DNA from: Glycera tridactyla
Taxonomy: Eukaryota
Length of the DNA stretch: 64,000 nt
Direction of reading: 5' to 3'
Assembly (NCBI GenBank): GCA_965644265.1
Contig: OZ286466.1
Span: forward strand, 29,574,001-29,638,000
Part shown: positions 50,944 through 60,664 of the stretch, one piece after another
Position numbering within the stretch: the stretch's first letter is position 1
Layout: each line of letters begins with the position of its first letter
Notes under the pieces: model-generated
What the model saw: the letters and a program-made list of their open reading frames with translations, nothing else
Told to the model about the DNA's origin: nothing
The model's database searches: none
Program-made: the position numbers and the translations under genes

Positions 50944-53900
50944 CTGGGAAGAATCCTACAACATTACAAAACATATCCACATGTGTGAGAATAATGACAG
51001 TAAAATAACCACAAACGAATGATGGAATCGGGGACCGCCATTCCATAGATTCTGCATCCACTCACAGGATCAATGAAGTAAAAAAAAGAGAAAACGGAAA
51101 AACCAGAAGCATTTACAGTGTGGGCTTTTTCATCTATGATTCAGAGAAGCCAACAATATGAGAAGAAATTATCTGGAAATTAGTCACAAGATTGAAACTT
51201 TCAACCAGGGAATTTTCTTTGACAAAAATTAAAAGATGGATGAATACCATCCATCATCCCCAGAATTCCTGTATGAAAATTTATGTTCAATGTTTGTGAG
51301 AAGATTACCAGATATACATGAGCACAGCTGGAAAATTTTTAAATGTAATCCCTTATAATTTCAGTGGTTGCATATTGAGACAAGCAAACATCCAGTCAAA
51401 CAAATCTCAGATGAGATCTTTTGAGACTGAATTGTCTACAATCCAAGAAATTGTCACTTGATAACATCAGAGGGTGACATGCAAAAATCTCTCCTCCCCC
51501 ACTTCATTCAAGATGGCTGACCCACAAGGATACGGTGAGCAAAGTCTATGTATGAGCCTGAATAATTCCATCAGTGAATCTAATATCGCAGCTAGTGATG
51601 GGATGTCAGCCTAAACCCAAACATGGGGAGGAAATAATCCAACCAAACTGCCAAATGTTACGTCGGGCTGATCGATAGATTCCTTCAGGGCGTTGCACAG
51701 CAATAACAACTAGCGCCATCTATCCAAGTTAGCAACACATGCGTCAGGATCGTATACATTACTGCACACAGAATTCACCCATCGTTCACTTGCATTAATG
51801 TCTTAAATATATTTATCGAGATACGGGATAGGCTGACTATGCTTATGGGATATGATTTATTCATTTTTTTCTGCTCCCTAGAGCCATTCAGAGAGCCTTA
51901 CTCTAGGCAGTGAATTCACTGAACTGGAGTGAAAAGCCTGAAATACGGCCAAAGTGCATGATAATACAATGTGTACTTCCAAGTGCGAGATCATACATTC
52001 AGTTCAATTTTTGTGTGTTTGGATTTCGATTTATTGCAACAGATTTCCTGAGTTTTGGATGGTTTTGCAAACACAGCATCATTCCCAAGAGATATTTTCT
52101 TGAATCATATTTCTCTTGAAGACAGGGACCTTCTGTAGTCTGTACCAAAATCTTCCCAAATTAGTTCTTCACATGACATCATTTCTCTTGAAACATGAAT
52201 TTATACGAGGACAATGGTGATGGGTATAGGCCAGTTTTCTGTGGGTCAAAACATCTAATGTCATGCACAGTTAGAAATGGAGAAAATTGGAATGAAAACG
52301 GGGAAAAGAAAATGCATGCTGCTGCCATGGCGATGAAGACAGACTGATGGATGGATGAAAGCGGAGGATGCAATAATGTGATGGTATGCAAAGAAATGCT
52401 GAATGTGCTAGAAAGGTTGAGTCTCCATCTTCAAGGCACACAGAATCTGTATTTCTGTGCATGAATACGTGCATGAATGTGTGCATGCACATGATTATGC
52501 ATGTGTGTGCGTACGTGTGTGTGTGCATGTGTCTGTACTATGTGAGCCAGACGTTTTTCTTGGTATTCATTAGCAGTTATTTTTACATCAGAACAATCTT
52601 CTCCAGTTAAGCCCAAAGGATTTCTTGATTTCATCTCCTTGAAGGGCATGCAATGTGGCAACCCTGGACCTGAAAAACTGCAACGAGCGAACTCCCATGG
52701 TTCCCTCTTGTCTGTAACATGAGAAGTGTGATGTGCATGTGTGCGTGTGAAGGTCATTTTTCCAATCCCGGCCATCGTAAGCAATAAGCAGAGCACTGTA
52801 CCCACTGCGTCTGACAAGTACTTAAAGGCCAAGACGTGATAAGGAACCTCCAAAGAGAGACCAATTTCCAGTTGGAGAGACCTGTTTTTGTCAAACTAAA
52901 TCTTAACAGATGGCGTCTTTTATTGGCTGATTTATATCTCAGCAGCACCATAGATGGGCTATATTGAGACTTGTCATCTGAAATAAGTATAGCTTCATCC
53001 TTTTGATGATTTCTCTGAGAATTTTGACTTATTTGTCATCAAGCAATAATTTTGTGCAAATAGCAATAGTGACCAATGATCACCCCCCATTCAAAAGCGG
53101 TATCCACAGAGGTTCTATGCTTTTGTTCACTTGAATGTTAAAAGTAGAAACCATAACAAAGTGAGTCGCTGCCTCAGTTTGCATAGCACATACGTACACA
53201 CACACGGACATGCATGCATGCAAAACACCAATTTTTCCAAGCAAGCGCAACGCTGAAGCGATCATCAATGATGAAACACGACTTCTACATTTCTTAGCAG
53301 CATGAAAACATGCATTTACTTTTAAACGGTGACATTATTCAGGAAACAGAAACAAGTTCCATTTCAGGTGAAGAAATTGAAAAAAAATACACAAAACCCA
53401 TCAAAATGTTTTGAATGGCATGTTACATATCATAGAGCACCATCAAATTTTCCAATGGCACTGTACCATTTTTGACTGATCAATGTTATAAATTTAAGAA
53501 CGGACATGCAGGATGTGAAAAAACTTCTCATGCACTCACCAGATCATGCACTAAATATTTTGAGGACATTAGACCAGACTCATTCAAGACCAAATGAATA
53601 TACAAATGAGTTAAAGGATGTACCATGTGCTATTGATCAAAAGGTTCCAATTCTTCACTAGATTAATACAAATTTCTCATTTCTATCATAGATGCCTCAA
53701 AATCATTAGTTGACAGCCGAAAATGAAAGGAGTTTGTACTCTGGTATATTTACTCTGTATACTTTAGATCTTGCCATTTCTCACACTGGCATCTGTGAAA
53801 TGCATACATAGCAAATCAAACATGGATATAACCATATCTTATATCATAATAGTAAACAGGCCTCACATCATATCAAACTTTGTCCAACAATATGCAAACT

Positions 53901-53901
<1 letters not shown>

Positions 53902-53952
<51 letters not shown>

Positions 53953-54100
53953 TGACACTTTTTGGTCTATTTCAAAATGAATGGGATATCAGCAACCCAA
54001 TAATGATAATGGTAATAGCAATAATAATAATAGTAATACTAATAATAATAATAATAATGATATTAACAATATCAATGATAATGATGATAAAATAATAATG
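53902..54100. repeat. (TAA)n microsatellite followed by an imperfect AAT/GAT tract
   Basis: Perfect TAA run 53902-53950; degenerate run about 53999-54100. Confidence 0.95.
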
Positions 54101-54230
54101 AAATTAATGACCCAAAACCATCCTTATTCATGTATCCCCTTAGGAGATTATTACCAGAGAGAATCGACAAGGCTTGGCTGGTTGCAAATACAGAATATGA
54201 TTTTCTGCATCAAGCACATCAAAGGCCAAG

Positions 54231-54327
54231 CAAGGCATGCAGAATTAGTATGGGGCATGCAGAATTATCCTTAAGGTCTGCAGGAACAGGTGGGGCATGC
54301 AGGATAGCACAGGGACATGCAGAATAG
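54231..54327. repeat. 20-bp minisatellite, about 5 units
   Basis: catgcag at 54236, 54256, 54296 and 54316; middle unit diverged. Confidence 0.85.
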
Positions 54328-57300
54328 CGCTGGAGAGCTTAGGACAAGGTCAAGTGATATTATTCAAATATTAGATTGGTTTTTTTTTTTCATCATCCAA
54401 TGTCAAGTTCTTTAGTCATTTCAACACAAGCCCCAATTGTTTCAGGATGGATGCGAAGAAATCTTGGTGTAAACACATGTGAGTGTGGCAATCCTCTGAA
54501 ATGTCACCACAATTGGCACAACTGCTGTTTCCATCAAATAGTTGATGGTGCATTGCTTGATGATGCAATAGTCATCCTAGGAAATTACACAGTTGAGAAC
54601 TTCACCCTGAACCTATTATTCCAAATAGAATCAGCAGTGATCTTAATACTTTAACAAGAGATGAAACTATAATACCCCGCTTTTTCAAGAGTGGGGTATA
54701 AAAGAATTGCAAAAATTGCAATGAAACAAGTGTCTGGTATCATACCATTGTGGCTTATATTTTTGACTGCGTGGTCAGTGAGGAACTTGTTCTAGATACA
54801 CTGTCAAACTGTCCAATAATAACTATTGTGGGCAGGGAAAATTCCTGCACTGCAGTGCATTAAAAATACATCAATGCTATTTATATGCAATGAGCAATGA
54901 CCAAAGGCCATGGACTTCTACAATGTCCGTAAATTGAGCAGGTGAATGAAATCCCCAAGGATAGTGAACATGGGACACTTGACAACGTTTACACCAAAAC
55001 TTAAGCGCCACCCACAAATGCTGGAATTAGAAAACACAAATTTTAGTGTCATAGCTGAAATGTAATAAAAAGACCTATATTGTGATATTGTAATGACAAA
55101 TGGAGATATTTTGGGGGTTGTATAAACCCACATGACCAAATTATTCAATAGGAACTTCTACTGACTGGTCTATAGGGGCCCAATTCAAAAATGGGAGTTG
55201 TTCGGGAGGTCACCAGTTGCTGCATAATTTAATCCTGCATTGGAGGCAGCATGTGACTGGGTCAAAGACCCGTGTTCATGAGGGGATGCTTAATTCTGTA
55301 GACAATAAATGTAGATTGAAAGACTTCAATCAAATCCATCGCAACTAGATGTTATTTTGCATCATATGTCTGCTTGGACCCAACTTTTTTGTCACCATAT
55401 TTTCCCATGTCTTTTCTGCTAGTCTTTATTTCTTTTATTTTCTTGCAATTATTCAAGGAGAGCTTGGTCGAAAACTTACGAACCTGCTGGATCAAGACCG
55501 AACAGGGTGGCCCCTAAAACATTCAAGCAAAGCCAAAGTTTTAGTACTTAGCTGTGTCAAAGAGCCAGACAAGACATCAACGTTGGCATGATGATGATTC
55601 TTGTGGTGGAAGAATAAAACAGAATACAAAAAACAGAGAGAAGAGAGGAGACGGCATCCTGGATTGGGCAGAACTCAGAAGAGATGCACACGGCAATGAA
55701 GACGCAATATTCCCGTTCTTCAAATGATGGCAGCATGGTGGCCTGAATACGACTTCTGACTATCATCATCTACAGGTGACAGCTCTGATGTCTGGATGAG
55801 GAGAGAATGGAGAAAGGGTTCATTGGAAATCTGGGTGCTACGAAGGAATCTTGAGCTTAGGCTAACCTTTTGATCGCTTTTATTGAGCTGGCTGACCAAT
55901 AGAACTGAAAACCCTATTGGAAATGAACCCCGCAGCTTCAAATCACGGCAAACGAACCCAAAGAGGGTTAATCATAGCTTAAGAGTAGATTACAGTGTGC
56001 GATGAATTAATTAGTCAAAAAACTGGCCAGGTACCCAACCTCAGTGAGTAGATATTATTTGTAAAATGCCCAAATGATTAAAAAGAGAATGGTGGCAAAT
56101 TGTCCATGCAAACAAGCCGGTGAGATTTCCAATAGGGACAAAGGACCACAGATGCATCTGGAGAAGCACAAGAATGTATTTTAAATGTATTCTCACTTGA
56201 TATTTGGTGTGTATTCAACTCAGCGAAAGTGTCCATCAAATCGCCATCGAGGAAACAGCCATTTAAATGAGAAGACCCACCCTCACCTAAATCATTTACC
56301 CCCTTGTTTTTATGGGCTATTAGTAATTGCAAAATCACCTTTTTTTTACATTCGGCATTAGCCAATCTAATCTCGTGTTATAGCTGTATGACGCATGCCA
56401 AATGGCAGATCTGTCACCGCCACACACACGCTCCTCTTGTGACGCCGACATAATCATCAAGAGTCGCAAAAATGGCCGTGATGTCGTCAGCGATGAAGTT
56501 GTCCCCTCACTGTTTGAGTCATCTTCATCCTCTAACCCTTCCTCATCTGCATCTTTTTTGTCGATGCTCAAAGATAACACATCAAAACTGATTCTAGCCA
56601 CTCTGATGAAGATTGACATTTCTTCACAAAACTTTGGAATTTCTGGTGCTGGTGTTGGTTTTATTCAAACTTGCTCCTATGCTGGTCAAGGCCCAACCTG
56701 GGTGAAATGTATATTCGTAAATATCAATTATCATAGGGAAAAATAAAGTCCATCTAATTTCAATCAATCTAATTGCAGGTGTGGTTTCACTATATTCTCT
56801 ATGATTACCATCAAATTATTGGAAATATTTTCCAAATTACAAAAACTAAATGATTGGGTCCTGAACATTCTCCTGTGACAGATGAGGAAGAACTTTTCAC
56901 ATCAGGGTGATATTTACTCATGTGCGTAATTGAACTTGGACTAGATGCCAACTCATGACGTGTGAGTGATATAAAGCACTGAGTTTATCGACGGCCTTCG
57001 TCCACTTGGGCTACAAGCTAATTGCTGAAGCCACTATTATGGCGCAAGAAAAGCTAATATCAATCAAGATACAAACTCGAGATGATTAGATCGACAAAGC
57101 TACACTCCAAACTATACCCGCACCGGTTAATTAGCTCATGGACCATCGGAGAATGTTATTTCACCGGCGGACATTTTACTCGCGTTTTTATGTCACATCG
57201 TCCTCGTGTCATCAACAGGAGTGGGAAGTGATCAGACAATCATGCTGACATCAGGAAGTGGTTTATGTGCGCATGTAATTTGTTCGTGGTAATGCTAAGA

Positions 57301-59586
57301 AGAGACTAATTGCACGAAAGCGGTACATGCAACCCCGTGACGATGATCCCCTTTAGCCATGGCGGTATTGCTCTTTCCTGCTTCCCAAAGCCCTCTTTCT
57401 GATCCACCCAACAGCATTACCGCGATCCCATACTCCTTTCTCCTTTATTCGTGACTTTTCTAGGTCAAGCCATTTGATTCAATCCTCAAAGAACCTAATT
57501 CTGAAACTGAGTTGAGACTTCGATTAGTGTTTGCAAATGCGCTGTCTAACTTGAGATATGTGAATATAACCACAACAGATGTAGAAACCGGGATCAGGAT
57601 CATGGGAGGATGAGCGTGAACAGAAGGGAGGGGTTGATGCTGGTTGCCGTTGGTTGGTCGGGGGTAAAATGGACTGGGTGCCGTCACCTCTACGTGAGTG
57701 TCAGTTACAGAAATATATGCCATCTAGGTGCCCGCTACGCACGCACACCACACCACACACGTGAAACATTGTCGTCCTCAGGGTGTGCGTTAAAAACATC
57801 TTAATTAATCTAACATCATGGTGAATTCATGAATAACGCTAAGGTTAGCTGATACATATGGTGCAAGGATACTACAGCAAGACCACATGCCCGGGGTGAC
57901 ATCAACACAATATTCAATCAGGTACGATGGGTGGTTTGGGAGGTTTTGGGCCCAGTATCGGGCAACAAAAAATCCCCAGCCTATCACACTGCATTCAATA
58001 TTGCGTGCGCTGCGCACCCAGATACTGGTGGAGGTGTACATTCTGGGATCTGACCTGACACAGTTCTCGAATCATGTGACTTTCAGACTGAGCAAATTCC
58101 AGGTTGAACTGTGGCCAGAACGCACACGCCCAGTCACTAATGCCAATCACTAGGATCACTCCAGAAATGCACATGTTGCTAGATTGGTCTTAGTTGATAA
58201 ATTGTGTTCTTGCTTTTGTACCATGTCTGAATGAATGGATACTAAAGCTGCTTACATAAACACATTTGAATGCCATGCAGGTGATCTGCTTACATTCAGT
58301 CCACAATGATACCAGATGTTTCTGGGAAACCAATCTGTCAGCTCAGATAAGACTTTTCAAATCCAGTTCCCAATATAAATTATCTATTTACTTCTTCTGA
58401 GAACCAAAACAGAATCCAAACTTGGAATGAACATATTTCAAAAGAGAAAAGGCAGTGGCACGAAAAGCACATCACTAGACACATCGTAGTATCCCAATCT
58501 TCTAGTGGTTATCATATGGGATATATATCATAGATAGTGTAGTGATCACATTGTGAAAGTAGTCTACTGTGATCTACGAGTACCCTTGCACTAATGAATA
58601 CAGAAATATATAATATATATGAATACAATACTAACTTAACACTGCTACTTTATGGATATATATATGTACCTCCCAGATACTGGAAGGGAATATATTAGGC
58701 AATAGATACGTATAGATGTAGATACATATGTACGAATAGATAGTTTTTATCGTATATACAGATACGGATAGTGGTCAACATCTACCAAACATACATACAG
58801 GTAGAAAACACTTAAATAAGTACAAACAGAAGATCCCACTATGGCAGTCCATACCTTGTGAAAACCTTGACATGAACCAGTCATGAATGGAACAGTAGTT
58901 CATTTTATCCCATTTTGATGAATGAATGAATGATTGAATGATTTATTGTGCAAAAAATCCAAATCACTATAGGGAGAAGCTTTCTCAGCAAGATCCACTC
59001 AAATTGATACAGGTGAATTCCTTTTTCAGATTCTGTGAGAAAAACAAACATTTTTGAGTTTATATCAAAATATCCTTCACAGCTTCAGACCCAGTCCTCC
59101 TCTTCACACTCAACAGAGGATGAGCGCATCCTGGCAAGGAAATCACCGACTCAAAAAGGATACATCAATGACTTTCTCCGGTCTTGATGTAAAGACTTTT
59201 TTTTGGCAAGGTGTGGACAATCAGAATGGGTGACTTTGTTTCAATGACAGTCAATCAAAAGTTATCAACAGGCTTTTCAATAAACAAACAGCCTGTCAAT
59301 CAAGAAAAAGAACTTCTGATCCAGTCTGAAAATGAAATTCTGAAGCTCTTGGGCCTCATTCATTTGTATCTTTCTATTTCATTTTCATAGACTGAATTAT
59401 GTACTTCAAACAGGTTCAGCAATTTCATTCAAACATAAGCAAGAATTACAGTGCATAGAAAAAACATCAAATACCAGGCACATTCAAGCAAGTCAAGACT
59501 GAGTTTTATTTGGGCGCAGTAAAACAAGTCAAAAAGAATTAACTGTATCACAGATTACAGTGTTGCTAAAGAAAAAGATTCTAGTT

Positions 59587-60120
59587 GTCGCTATGGAAAC
59601 TGCCACAGAACCATTGCTAGCAACAGCCACAGCTATGGGCAAGAAAAATCCACCATGGAGAGAGTAAGAGGCAACGCACAGGCACACTGCTTGACAACAG
59701 CTGCTCACAGCATCCAGTTGCTAGGAGACCATTACACTGCTTGACAACAGTTGCTAACAGCAACCTTGTCTCCATGGCTACCATCACTAAATACAGGCAT
59801 CCAGCTGCTAGAGATATTACACCTGGGTGATCAGCGGTCCCAGCTTCCATCTTACATCACTAGGCAACAACAATTAAGCTCTAACATTGAGACAGTATCA
59901 AAATGCAGAGGAATTTCACAAAAGACGGCATACAATACCAACAAGGATAGTGAAAAATTTCCAGAAACTGCTACCATGGGACACCAATATCTGTGATATC
60001 CACTTAACCATGCGAGAAAAATTCCCATTTTAGTGAAAGTGCTGTCCAAAGTAGTAGTTTAGCTGAACTAAAGGCAAAGGACAACAACTAGATGCTTCAG
60101 CATATGATTTCCATGGCAAC
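59587..60120. promoter_or_regulatory. Intronic homotypic RFX X-box cluster
   Basis: GTCGCTATGGAAAC 59587, GTTGCTAGGAGAC 59717, GTTGCTAACAGCAAC 59750, GTCTCCATGGCTAC 59768, ATTTCCATGGCAAC 60107. Confidence 0.55.
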
Positions 60121-60301
60121 ACATGGTTACCTATCCCTGGGTTGTTGACAACTCTTCTCCGATGTTTGATTTTTCATGGATTACTCTGTGTGCAGTAATT
60201 GAATGAGTTACCAGAACTGCCAAATGAATGATGGTTTAACAGAGGGTCATCTTTTTTTTTTTTTAGGTTTGCGCCCAGATTGAACTCAATCATTGACTTA
60301 C

Positions 60302-60383
60302 CAAGTGCCCCAAGAGCCAGGGCCCTACCTCGTGCTACGGTGGGCATCATCACTTCCTTTGGTTGTGCTTTCTTACACTCCAC
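60302..60383 (-). CDS. msi: Musashi exon: end of RRM2, VECKKAQPKEVMMPTVARGRALALGAL (82 nt, phase 0 to 1)
   Basis: Acceptor gtgattgtag|GTG GAG TGT; donor CTTG|gtaagt; peptide matches the MSI1/2 VECKKAQPKEVM motif. Confidence 0.96.
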
Positions 60384-60566
60384 CTACAATCACAGATAAC
60401 AAATATTCAATAAATGATGGTGCATGGGGCCCATGGACAAACTCAGAAATATCTCATAAGATTTCTGCTATTTGAAGTAACACCATGAAGAGTTTGATGG
60501 CCAATATTGCCCTCGTGTTTTGCCGCTATTTTGAAACTAGCAACGTAAGTTGTTGGGAATCACAAT

Positions 60567-60583
60567 TGTGTGTGTGTGTGTGC

Positions 60584-60644
<61 letters not shown>

Positions 60645-60664
60645 CGTGCGTGCGTGTGTGCGTG
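60567..60664. repeat. (GT)n/(GCGT)n microsatellite
   Basis: Direct reading. Confidence 0.98.

Larger units (their letters stand above)
8685..60383 (-). other. msi: Musashi-family RNA-binding protein gene, 3' portion (5' exons lie beyond the window; 3' end inferred)
   Basis: Six phase-compatible GT-AG exons join into one frame resembling MSI1/MSI2 from the end of RRM2 (VECKKAQPKEVM) to the C-terminus (GTLIPTAFQNGFH*, compare vertebrate GPLIATAFTNGYH*). Confidence 0.95.

Noticed and set aside
43054-51061. Initial impression of RBFOX/Fox-1 from the YG- and Ala-rich peptides
   Set aside because: VECKKAQPKEVM, AASPQP and TAFQNGFH* are diagnostic for Musashi.
51534-51555. gtgagcaaagt resembling the 5' end of miR-87; similar short matches to miR-7 and let-7 elsewhere
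   Set aside because: Only about 11 nt match, with no precursor hairpin.
52431-52853. 140-aa minus-strand ORF with a phase-1 AG near 52713
   Set aside because: Length is inflated by CA-repeat sequence; acceptor is weak; no good donor.
53771-54274. Poly-Asn and poly-Ile ORFs
   Set aside because: Artefacts of the (AAT)n microsatellite.
55557-55800. Two acceptor-like tracts on the minus strand
   Set aside because: Phase-1 frames stop within a few codons and no donor was found; could only be poison exons, which is untestable here.
56335-56746. Overlapping ORFs on both strands, one acidic (DKKDADEEGLEDEDDS)
   Set aside because: No recognisable domain and no convincing splice sites in phase with Musashi.
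57887-58153. 88-aa plus-strand ORF with protein-like wording
   Set aside because: No family match, no supporting exons; antisense to the host gene.
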